Source of the DNA: the human T2T-CHM13v2.0 reference genome, Homo sapiens
DNA: 64,000 nt
NCBI RefSeq assembly: GCF_009914755.1
Contig: NC_060930.1
Strand: one strand, 5' to 3'
Shown here: positions 37,462 through 55,028 of the stretch, one piece after another
Numbering within the stretch: the stretch's first letter is position 1
Layout: every line of letters begins with the position of its first letter
Program-made: the position numbers and the translations under genes
The notes under the pieces: generated by a model
Told to the model about the DNA's origin: nothing
What the model saw: only the letters and a program-made list of their open reading frames with translations
The model's database searches: none

Positions 37462-39430
37462 GAAATCTTAATTCATTCAACGTAATCTCTGCTGGCATTT
37501 TTCTAAGTGCTTGGCATAATCAGTGAATGAAGCAGATAGAATCCTGGTTTGTTTATAAACATTTTCAAGTTAAAACCCTTCAAAGTTAAAGAATTTTCTC
37601 TTAACAATGGGCTTCTTTAGATACTGTCAGGGACCTTTGAAGGACTATTTCTTTTCTCTCCAATTAGAGAAAACTTACTGGAAACAGTCAAGAAACACTG
37701 ATTTAGATGCTCTTTAATTTCTCTAAGGACCTAGGTAGTTAATCTGAGAATCAGAAGGCTCTTAGGATGAGTGTGAAAGAAGTCAGTTGATAGAATTGGG
37801 TGACCTCCAGGGATATCTGTCTGGCACAGATCCATCTGGAGGCATCTCCTGTTCCCACAACAGAAGGAAGTAGCCCTGTGGCAGAAAGTTTCTGTTCTCG
37901 GAGCCTGGCCTTTCTCACTGGACAGTAGTGGGTCAACACTGGATATTCTTGCTCTTGGGGTCCCTTTTCCTGCGCTCCATGCAGCCCATCACCCCACCGT
38001 AGATGGAGCTCAGGACTGGTCCATTCAGTTTCACTGCCTTTGCTTATACTCACATGGCATTTCTTTCTCCATGAGACTGTATTTATTCTTACCAATGCAG
38101 TACAGGTGTTCCCTATGCTCATCTACTTCATATTTATATAGACAATTTTAAGTAATTTTATAAGTTATAAAAATGGTCCTACTCTTTAATTATGTGCCTA
38201 TTTTTGATTTTAATTGAAGAAAAATATATTTCCTAATTTCTGTTCTTATTGTCAATTACATGAAAGTATAGATGGTTTATTTTATTTATTACATTAACAG
38301 GTAAAGTTTTAGGTTCTAGGGATAGAGTCACAAGAAAATGACAATAAATGGAAAGTGGAGAGAAAAGAGAGGCTCAGTCCACACCTCATCATCTTTGTGT
38401 CTTTTTCAGTTTCTCACAGTGAGGCCTTCTGATGGTTTCCTATAATTTTTTTTTTTCTGAAAATATCCCAGATGAGGGCTCAAGCTGCATGGAGCCTCCA
38501 TTTATTTCAGCTTAGTGGTGATTACTGTCCTAGTTGCCTGCAAATGGGTCCTCATTTGCCACTGTAGTCTTTTTAGGTTCCAACTTTAGTAAAGATGTGA
38601 TGTGCTGGTAAAGACCTCTCAATTCCTATTTCCAATGGGCCTGCCTCCCTACCTCAGGCTGTATCTCTTAACTTTCCTACATGCTGGTCCCCAGGACTGG
38701 GATTCTTGATCTCAGATCTTGCATTTGCCAACTTTTTTTTCCCCCCTGGACACTTTATTCTACCCTGGCCCAGAGTCAGGTCTCTGCTGTTTTAGGAAGA
38801 GATCTCCTTGAGGATGGACTCCCTATCTGACCTGTGAGCACTGTCCACCCTGGAGTCCTCGATGTAGTGCTTTTCCCAGCCCCTGGATCTGTCTGGAAAG
38901 CCTAGATGCTTGCTTTTGCTAAGTAGAATACCTCATAAATTCACTTAGCTCTGGCTCTGTGGGCTACATGGCCACCATCTTTAACTAGGTGGCATGCCAG
39001 GTCTCAGTATCTCTCTCCTTACCTCTGCTTTTCTAGGAAGAATCTTTATTCCCAATCATTTACCTCCTGAGTTTTCACAGATGGAGACTTTTGCCCCCTA
39101 TTACTCCTACATGTAGCTTCCTCTAAAGAATATTGTGGGTGCTTCTCTGGCTTTCATTGCAAATGAACTATTTTACTACAGATATCATTAACTCAAAAAA
39201 CCCTTTACTGGGTTAATTTTAAACAGAAAATTTTAAGAAAATATTCAAATAAACAAATATATAATTCAGGTTAGACAATTTGGTGTTGAGACTGGTCAGC
39301 ATTATGTAAGAAAAAATCTGCAGATCCCAAATAGCTGGATTAAATTTGTTTAATGATTCTTATAAAATTGCCATGAGTAAGTAATTGAAAAATAAAGCTT
39401 CAAAAATAAACTGGCAGCAGAGCACAATTG

Positions 39431-39727
39431 CAGTCACATTGCTTAACAACAGGGATATGATCTGAGAAACGTGTTCTCAGGTGATTTCATCACTGAGCGA
39501 ACATCACAGAGTGTAATTATATAAATCTAGATGGTAGGCTTGAAAGTATGATCTATTGCTCCTAGGCTACAAACCTGTACAGCATGTTACTGTACTGAAT
39601 ACTAAAGGCAATTGTAACACAATGATATCTGTATATGTAAACATAGAAAAAGTATAGCAAAAATATTGTATTATAATCTTATCATCATATATGTGCATTG
39701 AACTGGTTTGTGCAGCATGTGACTGTA
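39431..39727. mobile_element. Tigger3a-like MITE in the distal 3' UTR
   Basis: CAGTCA...TGACTG termini; core CTACAAACCTGTACAGCATGTTACTGTACTGAATACT. Confidence 0.8.
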
Positions 39728-39765
39728 ATTTTGAGTGAGGTTTATATTGGAAATTACTGTATGCT

Positions 39766-40155
39766 TGCTATGGTTTGAATACGTACCTCCAAAATTCATG
39801 TTGAAACTTAATCTTCAATATTAAGAGGTAGGGCCTTTAGGAGGTGATTGGATTATGAAGGCTTCTCTTTCATGAATGGGATTTAAGGCCCTTATAAAAG
39901 AAGCATCACATAGCATTCAGCTGCTTCTTGCTATTCTGCTGTTTCTCCATTGTTGGCCCCTTCTGCCATATAAAGACACAGCAATAAGGCACCACCTTGA
40001 AAGCACACAGCAGCCCTCACCAGACACCGAATCTGCTTGCAGCTTGATCTTGGACTTCCCAGCCTCCAGAACTGTAGAGAAATAAATTTCTGTTCTTTAT
40101 AAATAACCCAGTCTCAAGTGTGTTTTGTTATAGCAGCACAAATGAGCCAAGATAA
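39766..40155 (+). mobile_element. MaLR LTR (MSTD/MSTC-like) in the distal 3' UTR
   Basis: TGCTATGGTTTGAAT start; CTTGATCTTGGACTTCCCAGCCTCCAGAACTGTAGAGAAATAAATTTCTG. Confidence 0.8.
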
Positions 40156-41223
40156 TACTTCAAGCAAACTGCTTTTATTTATTCTGGAGTATATGTAACT
40201 TATGAAGTGTGAAACTATTCTGATTCTTTTGAAGATTGAGGTCAGGATTCAGTTGACGCTAGAGATGAATACTGAGTGGCTATTTATTGGTTTTACTTCA
40301 ACATCATGTCCTACATACAAAATTTATATAAAATCAGAGCATAGGCATTAAAAGTGGAAATATTTTGTTAAAGCCTTGTTCACAACTTCTTGAATTTCAT
40401 AAAACCATTTAAGTCAGGGGTGATGACTTTTGATGATCATTGAAAGAGGGAATCAACAGAAACTCCCAATGAGAGCAAGATAAACAATTTGTGTCATGTA
40501 TAAAATGAACAAAACAAAAATGAAAAAGAGCTGTTCAATCTTTTTTTTTTTTGTCTTCTCTTCCTTGGGAAAAGAAAGCTGGAAAAATAGCCTGAGCTAG
40601 GAGTCTGAAGAGCCATCTATTTAACTATCATCTTCAAAAATATTTATTCTAAATATTATCTTGACTACTTAATTTTTCCTTCTTACTTAGAAATCACAAT
40701 GCCTGCCTTGTAGTTTGTTGTAAGAAGCAGACAAGTCGTGGAATATGAATTTGCTTTGCAAACAATAAGGTCATAGATGCACATGGGACATTTATACAGG
40801 AGAGCAGATCATGAGTGAGCCCAGGCTTGGATTCTGTCCCTGCAATCTTGGCAGCCATGCAGACCTCTTTGAATCTCAGGTTTCCCACCTCTAAATGAAC
40901 TTGTTCTGAGTTCATAGGTCCCTCAAAATCTAAACCATTACCTACTTTCTAGATTTCTCCATAGCTTCATATAAACAGATTTTTTTCCTAAGAATTTGTT
41001 AATTTAACCTATTGGATTAATACGATCATTGAAATGTGTATCAGATTTTAAGTATCATGATTTTATTCCCAATAAAACAAAAAATTATTTTCTATGATGA
41101 ATATGCATACATTAAAAATGACGAGAAATCATTTTTGGTACTTGTCTGAAGAACTCATCCCCAATTTTTGCCTTTTTTGCTTTGCAAAGCACATTTTCTT
41201 GTAGGAACATATTTTCAGGGTGA

Positions 41224-41550
<327 letters not shown>

Positions 41551-42336
41551 AGTTCTAAGTTCCGATACATGTACTTGCTACTTAAGAAAAACATGCCGAA
41601 TTTAAAGCAAATAGTACTGTAATAAAAAAAATCTGATTTTCCTGAAAATCGTTTAATTTTATGATGTAAATGCAAATCTTAGAAGTAAAAACTTTTTTCA
41701 AAGAAGACTTTTATCAGACTCAATTAGCAGTTAAATGGGTAGAGAGAGGATGTCAGTGTACGAGAAGCCATATGGAGTTTTGGGTGGCCAGGAGCAGGAA
41801 GTCAGGCAGGTTTGGCTTCAGTTGTACTACCTAGAGATATTTTGGAAGAAGCTAGAGTGAACTGTGTACATATATGAGTTTAGATTTCATAAGACACTTA
41901 GCTTTACTGGAGTTCACTGCAGAAAATGAGGGAAAGAAAAATGTTCTCGATGTATACAAATGCCACAGACAGTTGTTTTTACACCTACTTTATTTGATAG
42001 CTTCTAATGGCTGAAGGAGATTTCAATATCAAGTAGTTGTTTGTCACAAATGTGCCTAAAAATAACTTTAAAGATCTTTGTAGGGAAGCAGAAACTCTTA
42101 AGTCCAGATGTTTTCTCAGGATAACTAAACCTGGTAAAATCACCTATGTAGAAGTAAATAATATTTTATGGCCACATCTGCAAAATGAAATATGATCATC
42201 TTCATTGTCGATATAAAAACAAATGAAAGTTATGGGTAATTTTTGATAAAATGAATTATACAAAGCATCATTTATATTTTTATATTTGGCTTTGGGACAT
42301 AAGGCAATATGGAGAACTTATGTGACACTGACACAA

Positions 42337-42361
42337 ACACACACACACACACACACACACA
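42337..42361. repeat. (CA)n microsatellite, (UG)n in the inferred 3' UTR
   Basis: Read directly. Confidence 0.9.
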
Positions 42362-45035
42362 AACTCAAGTACTCCTCTCTGCCTCATCCTTATTCCTTTC
42401 TGAGATCAGCCCATAATATCAGTAATCCTCTGCTGAACTAAAATAATATTTTTGCTCCAAAAGTCTGCTAGGGAAAACATCTATTAATATATGTTTTTAA
42501 ATCAAATATTTCCAGAAATGCTTACAAGTCCCTTTAAATCTAGCAATGATAGCATAATAAAGGGCATATTCTAGGGAAGAAAATGCCCACCTAAAGTAGA
42601 AATTTACCAGTTAAAAATCACAAAACATCAAAAACTATTTTCAAGGATTATTTCCATTTACCTAATAGGTTTTTCCATTTAAAAGTTATAAAATATTTAA
42701 AAAGAGAAAACAGAACATTCAAATAACCTTAGTTTTTCAGTTTTACAATCAAGGAGTTGGACTAGATGCTATTTTTTTTTTCTCAGCTCTAACTATAATT
42801 TTAGTCAACATAAGAAGACGTTAAAATGTGTCCCACTGGTTCATTCAACTGTTAATAGAAAAAAGTGGCTTAAAATTGTGAAGTCTGAAAGTATAGCCAT
42901 TCTAATTTACAGATAACAAAGGCAAGTCCTAGGAAGAAAAGTGACCACCCAAGGGCATCCATCCATTCAGAGATCAAGCAATGTCACTGTTTTCAAATCT
43001 GCCTGATCATCAATATTTTGCTTTGTTTTGTTTTGTTTTATTAATGGTTCTGGAGTCCCAGTCCCTACCCCTGGAAATTTTGCTTTAGTAATATGGGGTG
43101 AGATCAGAAATTTCATTTTTTAAAGAGATCCTCAATATTCTAAGGAACCACAGATCATACCAGACTACTTGGGATACACTGGTGGAGAGGAACAGATAGG
43201 TTGCACAGTCCTTGGGCAGGCTCTCCATTGTCACACAACAGCATTTTCCTAACAGGTCCGTCATTTTATGACCCAGGGTTCCTCTTTCCTGGTGTTTTCT
43301 CCCCTCTAGCTGGAAAGCATATTATGAGAGTGATATTACTTGGTGTCTAGTTTACTTTTCTTTGATAGCTTCCTGTGGAAAAGGATCTTCCTGAAGGAAA
43401 TAAGAATTAAAAGAGTAGATGTATAGACCTTAGTTACCATCCAATACAAATCACTCTAGACCTTTAATTCCACTTAACTACCGAAACTGTCCTTACAGTA
43501 AAGTATGAATCTAGACATCACCATGCTACAGTCTTGAGCCTTTCAAGGAAGTCTGCAATTTGAAAATTATTTTCTTTACCTCAGGTCATGGGGTACAATG
43601 AAGTGAATTTCTCTAAATGGTTCAAATACATCATAAGGAGATGGCTCTTGGAATACATTTGGCATAAGAATTTCTTAGTAAAAGAAAAGCTTAAATAGAG
43701 TTAATATCTAATAACATAACATAATTGGTTTTATATAGTGACAGTAGAGAGCAAAGTTCCTTCTAAAATCTTCCATTTAGAATTCCAAGCCCCTCGACAT
43801 TCATATTTCTGTCAGTTTTCAATATAGATTTTATGTGTTCACTGTATGCAAACTGTAGCCAAAATATACATTTCTATTCCTGATGCTACTGTGGATGTCA
43901 AGGTTTAGTTTAAGCCTTTTTTTGGTAGCAAACTGTGAGAAGTATAATTTCAGCTTTCAAAGAAATATTATTCCTGATCTTCCTTGTTAGTAAAAAAGTA
44001 ACTTAGTTTGTTATCTATTAATTTTAAGGAAAAGATTAGAAAAAGGAAAAAAATAATAAATGACTTACCTCTAAGTATGTATGACTCCATGTTAAAGCAG
44101 CTAAACTAAAAGCTTACCACAACTTAAAGAAAAACTAAAATTCAACATCATTCAGTTTCTTTTTGCATCCCATTTAGGAAATGTTTGTTGCTGAGGCTGA
44201 CAAAATAAATTCATCATTTAATCATGTCATTTATAATGCAGTCTCATGATACTGTCTCTGAGGATCAAATATTCAGTTAAAGCCATACTAGACTACCAAA
44301 TAATATATAAAACATTTATGAACATTTTATGCTTGCTTTACAAGGCTGATCTATTAAACTTGTGACATTTTTATTTAAAAAGAATAAACAAGAATATCAA
44401 TGGTATTATTTTATCCTTATATGGGTTAAGAAATTATTTATGAGTTGTCTTTAGAAATCTACCAATGTTAGATGTGTGCATAATTCTTCTTTTTCATTGT
44501 AGCTGGGGGCCAAGGAAGTGGTCAATTAATATTTGTACTGCAAATGCCTTAAGTGGATACCTATTAAAAGGTATACAAAATATAAACAGTACTGCATATT
44601 TTCAAAACTTTTAAATAAACACAAAGAATATATAGGTATACATGTTATAATTTCAAAGTCAACACTAGCACATAAGTTTTTCATATCTAAATACATACTA
44701 GGATACTTCCTATTTCAACACATGCACCTACAAACACATGGCCATGCACATAACCTTACTTTCTGCCACTTGCAACAAAGAATATACAATATTGTACATT
44801 GTTTCAACTTATATTGTATTGGAAAACTAATGAGGATGGCATTAAAAAATTCTGATCTAAGAAATCAAAATGCAGGAAGATAATTATTCCTTAGATTAAA
44901 AACACTGAAGACTGATGGAAAGTTAAGATTCAAATTGCTTGTCGGAAGAGAACAGGTCCGCCTGTAAACACTCAGAATGCTCTGTTTGACAAGTGGGACT
45001 AGAACTTCTGTAATATAGCAATCCAGGCCAAAGAC

Positions 45036-45209
<174 letters not shown>

Positions 45210-47319
45210 CTAGGACACAAGTAAAAACATTCCTCTCACTCTCTGGGTACCAACAATAGGCTTAATATATGATGGGTCTCAACTATAAGATTAGTCCGTT
45301 AGTAAATTTACAAGAAAGAAAAAGCATTGAAAACTAAAGAAGGTAGTTGTCTAATATTTGTGGTTTTGAATGTTTTAAAGCAATTCAATTTTAATATGGA
45401 ATATGACATTTGATAATTTTGTACCTTTCCTTACACTGACAAATTTTAATACAGTTAATCTCTCTGTAGAACTAATGATGAGCTCAGGATTTAAAATTTC
45501 AAGTTAAATAACTTGAATATCATGGAAATACAGATGTTTCTTAGTGCGCTGTTAGTATGTTACAGTGTTATTTAAAAATAAAAAGATAATTTATAGAAGA
45601 AACTGTTCATTTATGTCAAATTCATTGACACTTTTAGAGGTGATACGCAAAAGGCACACAAACCAAATGATTAATCTGATGCTTTTTTTTTTCACTATCA
45701 CTGGCACTATCTATCAAAACCTTAAAATTATCATTAAAATACTTTTAAATACATCTTCATTCTAATTACTAATACAAAATTGCTATCTCTTGGGCATGTT
45801 CTGATGAGAGAAAACCTTTTCCTTCACTTTTCTTCTCTTTCTTTTATTTTCTTCCTTCTTTCCTTTTATTTTAATGGAAAAAAAGCATTCCTTGGTCCTT
45901 AAAATTAAAACAAAAGTACAAAGCTTCCATGACACACTTTATACACTTGGTTCTTATTGACCCTTCTTAGACCCCACAAAGCCTGTGCTCTTTCATCTGA
46001 GCTAGGCAGTGAGGATGGCCTCCTATTTCTACTATTTTAGCCATGGTCTGACAGTAAACTGCAGTTTCTTTTTCTTTTTGGAGACTTATTTTCTAGATTT
46101 GTTCCCACAGGAGGAAGAACAAAAAACAAAAACAAAAACTGCTCCTGAGGATCTATAGTAGAGAACCTCCCTGCCAAACTCCCAATGAATGCAAAAAGGG
46201 AAATCACTCAGTATTATTTCTTGTTAGTTAACAAGAATTTTGTTTGGTTATTGTACAGATATATCTATTTCCCATCTTTAGCTATAGGACCTTGTGGGCA
46301 TTGATGGGCTCAATTAAAAAGCAGAGAAATACAAAAGCAGGATACTTTCTGCACCTTATAAAAACAGGCAAGATTTCTCATAAGATGGATGAAAACTGAT
46401 ATTTTTGCAGGGTTTGAAATCCACATAGTAGTTTTTTACACCAGAAGGAAGCAACTTGCATAATAGTTTAAAACCATGCTGCGTACTCACTGCATTCTAT
46501 GAAACTAGGAGTTCTGAAGTATTGGTTAATAACAACAATATGTCACCTTGTAATTTTTGTTAGCTTCTTAAAAATTATATGAGTAAAAGAGAGTGTTGTA
46601 TAACTCTTCTTTGTAAATACCAATTTCTTTGACCTCTTTTTCTCTTATAACTAATGAAGATTAAACTCTTTCATAAATAGGCAGGAACAAAAAAAGATAA
46701 CAGTTTACTTAAAATGTCCATTTGAGTGGGGTTTTTTTGGTCAATTTCTATGCTAAGAATACATACAAATAAGAATAACCTTATTTATATATACTATCTT
46801 TTAGTTCCACAGATAAAAGGACTCTATTAGGCACTGTTTTAAATGATGTGTATTTCCCATATTCATATTAATGTGATTAATCCTATGAGAAAGAACATGA
46901 GTCAAATGCTGAGAATGACTGAACCAATCATAGTTAATAACTGAAAAATGAAAACGATTTTAAAAATATTTTCCATACACTTAAAAAAGGACCTTTAAAA
47001 TAATGAAATTCTATAAATTGAGTAATGTCCATTCTGAGTATTTTTTCAAGAAAGAGCAAACATTTGATCTTCTTCAGGTTCCTAAATCCACTTACTGTAT
47101 TTATGTTATCCCATTTCAGAATTTTTCAAAAGTTACAATGTACTATTCTCAGTGTTAAAAACTACACCTTCAAGGTTCATGTTGAGTTATATTTATTTAC
47201 AAACAGGGTCAAGAGGCTAAGAAGAGTCCAAAACTTGTGCCCTCATTCTATTTATATGAATTGGACATATAAACATGATTCAGAGCCATTGCTAATATGG
47301 ATGCTACCAAATTATGTTA

Positions 47320-48696
<1,377 letters not shown>

Positions 48697-50263
48697 TTAT
48701 AACTTTATTTAGAATAAGCTCTCAAAAGCAACCATAGCTAAAGCAATGAGTTTCTGCTATAAGAAAAGGATTCACAACTGCCTCATACATCATTTTTACA
48801 TAAATCTCCCAGTCAAAAACTTCAAGTCCTTTTATGGTGGAATGAAGTCTACCTCTCAGTGTTATATTCAATGCTCTACACACTCTGACTCAAACTCTTT
48901 CCAAACTTGTCTCTCATTTTCACTATTACCTGAGACTTCACCTACCCTCAGATTAAACTATGTAGTCTCCTGGGTTTCTGCTACTGGCATTTCTCTCTCT
49001 GTAGCTTTTATCTTGCCATTCCCTTACCTTCTCTCTGCCTGCTGAATTCTTATTCATTATGTAATGTGAGCTCAAGTTCTTCTCCTTGAATTTGAAATAA
49101 CATTTTAAGTAGTCAGATAGAAATCTGAATAAAAGTGCAATGAGATATGAGTAATTCCAAATGGAAAGTGTCATTTGGTCTTGAAAAAAAGTAAAAATTT
49201 TTTGGATGACTTGAGTAAAAGGCATATAGGATTGAAGTAAAAGGCAAAAGGATTAAATACTATGGCTAGTCGAAGGAAAATGAGTACTTTGATATGGATT
49301 AATTATAAAGCAGAGTGGGGAGGATAATGAAAAATGAGAGAGAAACATTAGGTTATGTCAAATTGTAATGTCTTTGAATTACAAATATCTTGAACCTTGT
49401 TCTAAAGTCCATGGGGTGACAATAAGAACATTATATTAGGTGTGATTTGTAAAAGAAAATTGGCAAGTAAGTCTTTTCTGAGTTATATTAAATAAAAAAC
49501 TAAATATCGCAATTCAAACTTAATCACACTGATAAATATAAATCATATTTATACCTCTTCAAATTATAAAAGATTATGGGATAGCTTACAATAAAATGTG
49601 GATAAATACCTATTAACAGAGAATAGAAAAGCTAAATAGGCAAATAGAGGACAAAGTTATGTTTAAAACATGATTGGCTAAGAAAATCTATTGCAAGTCA
49701 GCACAAAAATTCTTTCTGAGCTTCCTAACAACTAATGAAAAATAAGGGAATGTAGGAAGCCTACTGACCCACGAGGAGAGATAAATGTTGATCCTAGAAT
49801 AATCCATCTTTACTAAACTTGTAGAGAATTCCAATATATTTGTTAATTTGGCTAAAACTTACTGTTATTAAGTATATACTGTTTCCAAATGGAAACAGCA
49901 TTTTTTGTGGCACGCGTACATGTGTACATATTTACAATATGTTGTTCTGAAAAGTATGTAGGCCTCCATTACATAAACACGAATTGAAGCAAAATAAAGT
50001 GCTCTTAAGCATTAAATATTTTAGTAGAACATGATTATATAAGCAAAACGCCACACTGTTAATTCTGACATCGTTTAATGATACGTTTAACTGAATTAGC
50101 CCAGTTGTACACTTTCATTGTCCAAATGCTCAGAATGAGAAAGAACTACTTTAGAGGTTACTTACTGATTTTTTATGGAGGGTCTACCTTAATTAGACAC
50201 GAAAAAGAGTAAAGTATTACTAATAGATTACAAAGAGAATTGGAAGATTTGCTTTAAGAATTA

Positions 50264-50637
<374 letters not shown>

Positions 50638-50747
50638 TTAATAACTCATTAGTTCTTACATGTAAGGAGGAGGCAGTTTGGAGTCATTAACTAAAAACAA
50701 TATTCTTTTTTATTTACCCATCTAAAATAATCAGATGTACCAGCCTA

Positions 50748-51318
<571 letters not shown>

Positions 51319-54300
51319 CTAATTCACTTTGCTAATATTCTTGATACTAAGCAAACCGCTTTGAGTTCTCTTTGCCATATTAAAATATACTTCCTGGGTA
51401 TTAATGCTTCGGCCTCCAAATAGTGCCTCTAAAATATGGATTAGCTGGAACAAGTTTGATGAAACATAAAGGCTACTTTTAGTAGGGCAACACATGGATG
51501 CTAATTCTTTTGACTAGCAATCAATCATTCAAAAATAAAATAAATCTGTATCTGTATATAAATACAGAAACACTGTCACAAAATTAGAATGACCTGAATC
51601 AATTACTGGCCATATTATATAATTGCTTTCAGAGAGATGCAAGAATTTAACATTAAAGTCATAGTTTTCAAATGTCTGGTCCTACTTGTACACTAACATT
51701 TAACTGTCTAAATGCTTGACAATCTCAGATAGTAAGTCAACTTATTCTTGTTCCCTAAACAGTCACTTGTCAGTCAAAAGATGTTTCCTTTGGTTGGTCA
51801 ATTACATTGTGAGGGCTAGATATTACTGAGATTTTTAAAAAATCTCAAAGTGATACACATTTTTAAAATATTTCTCATCCAGATTAAAACAAATATGACA
51901 ATACCCTATGTGATATAATAGAACTGCAAGGCTTTGATCATCTATTAGTCTGTATTAAGGTAGAATCCAGATTACTTCTTTATGAGATCTTAGTTGAACC
52001 TGCACACACTCATTCAGTTCACTTCTGAATAGAGGAAAGAAATGGCTTTCTCTTTAGGCTTGGGTCATGTAAAAGCTTGTCAAACTTCAAAAGAGACTGT
52101 CAGATGACTATCAAAGCAAATGACTCTATGTTTAACAGCCGCAATCAATATCTACACTACATGTATTATTCAAGTAATATAATAGATTTATTGCTGCTTA
52201 ATACATACCGATAACTCAGTTGAGAGAAGCACTAGAGTTGATGCCTGAAAAATATACAGTGTATTTATTTTTCTAATGCTTACAAATGTATTAGTATTTA
52301 TTGTATGAAGTCAGGATAGCATCAAACTGCAGCCATGAATTGATTGTTTGGTCCCTGCCAAATTATTTGTACTGAACTTCTGCGGGCATTATGGTTTGAG
52401 CTGACCTTGAGGGATATAAGAAGGAACCCTAAAAAGTGACATGTTAAATCTAAGGATGCTCTTGGTGACACTGTCCTGTTTTTGCGAAGTCATGAGTGAA
52501 AACAAAATTGCTTTAGTTGCAAAACCGGGAAAAATGTGCTATTCCTGGGAAATAAGTTTGCCTTATCATTTGAATTTGAAGGTATATGCACCTGATAATT
52601 TTTGTTAGTTACTAGAAAGACTCACTGGTACATTTCATATATGATCCTTCCTCCTGTCTTCAGCTCATCTTTCCATTTTTGTTTTTGCATATTTTATATC
52701 ATACCTAATTTTATGCCATCTTAAATTTTCTTGATTTAGGTGAGGTATGAATCAACAAATAACAATGTTATTGATGGAAAACTATTTTGTACAAAGGTAC
52801 TATGTTACTTGGTACTCAGCCCTTGTCAATGGTTATCTGATTATTCTACCAAAGGATACAGGCAGGAGACTACAGTGTGGAAAAAAACAAAACAAAACCC
52901 CAGACGTCTATAAGTTCTATCCAGAATTTCTATCTGGATTATTTCAAATTTCAAATGATCCAAGTATGAACATCTTGGTTTTGCCATAGCAAATGCAATG
53001 ACTGTGGATAGTGGCTGAACAGGGAACTACGAGCATCTTAATAGCCAACACTGCATCCTCTCATTAGATATTATCACTTAAAGTCACTGAAGATATATGT
53101 GCATACCTGGGAATCTACAGTTCTCTAGTACATGGCTTAATAATTTACATCTGATTTAACATACAGAACTTTGTGATAAATGTTAAACAAATACAATCTT
53201 TTATGCTTGTGGCATGAGATTATTTTTCCAAGTGTTGATTTCTTAATTTTAGTTTAGTTATGGAGCTGTATAGCACAGGCAGCAAAACATAAACAGCAGT
53301 ACAGCTACTCTCCAAGATAAAAAAATATGACAGCCCGTTTGTCTCTCTGATACAGAAAGGGATGTTATCTCTATGAGGTATAATTTGATGTTTAAAGCAT
53401 ATTTCATGCCTGCTAATTGATAAAGCTAATATTTACCATAGATGAACTCTATAGAATTGTCAGAATAATTATTGGACAGTAATAAATTTAATCAGACAGC
53501 AGCTTCTTTTAACTACATGGCTTTAAAAAATTGGCTAGACTAATCCTGCATCCCTTAGTTATTTTGCTTGGATGCTAGAATTGTCTGAGACTGTTATGAA
53601 CTGAACTTCCCAAACATTTGGAAGGCAATGACCTAGGACTACAGGTCAGTTTCTGATTGCGCTGGAGTTTTGGATTCTGATTTGACCAGGGAATCTCTTT
53701 GTTGATCCAATCCGAGTATGGGTAGAGGGGTTAAAGGAGCAAGCAGGACACATTTTCTAAACTATAGAGGGACAAGAAGTATATATTCTCCTTTAATCCC
53801 TAATCATACACCACATGCCTGCCTTCTCAGCTCTATTTTAGAGGAAGGGCTTAATAGTTACTTTTCTTCAGCTTTCTTCCTACTATGCCAATTCATATTT
53901 TATTCACAGTCAATTACATGGCTGTTAATAAGAAACATGACTGTACTATAAACACATAAAGCACTTACTTTGCCTGCAAAAAAGGCCAAGAAGTCTTAAA
54001 ATAACAACTTTGGTAATGTGCATAAAACCATATAAAGTCAATACTAAGGATGTTACCAAAAGAAAGCAAGATAAGCATAAATTATTTCCAATTGGTGCAA
54101 AAGCTTGAATATACATCAATGCAAATGCTTGAAGGAAATATTTCAGGGTCAACGGACTGAGGGAGGGTTAACGGGAACAAAATGACTGTGTCAGAGTCGT
54201 GATATGTCATTTTTCATAACTCCTTTTCCAATAAATATGCCACTAAATGTGCACACCTTGATAGAATAAATCTCATGTCTACTGCCATTTTCTGTTTGAT

Positions 54301-54737
54301 ATATGATACTCCTTTTGATTATACTGCATTATCTAACATGTAATTTCCTTTAATAGACATTACTCATAAATCTTCTTAGGAAAGATCTATGTTCTAATGC
54401 CCAACTATAATTTTGCTAATCTATGTCCCACCAAGTATATCTTTCTTGCATTTTACTCCTGGACCTGGTATTTGAAAATTCATGCAAAATACATACCTCA
54501 CTTTTGATAAAAAAGCTCTCTAGCCAGAAAATAATAAGTTGAAACATTATAGAGTGACATTTCAAATGCTTAATTTTCATGCAATGATATAAAATAATCC
54601 TTACAATACCATTGGATAAGATTATGCTATTTTTGTTCTAGTAAATGTCACTGAGAAATGTACCTCTTAGGTCGAATAAGGAAATCAAAAACAGTTTCCA
54701 ATACAAAACAGCCCACAGAATTTTCATCCTGCACTTA

Positions 54738-55028
<291 letters not shown>

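Noticed and set aside
44952-44965. ACAGG-CGGA-CCTGT mini-hairpin in the proximal 3' UTR
   Set aside because: A 5-bp stem is expected by chance.
44865-45035. 56 open codons after the KIAA0408 stop, suggesting stop-codon read-through
   Set aside because: TAA-G is an efficient stop context with no UGA-CUAG-type motif, and the length is compatible with chance.
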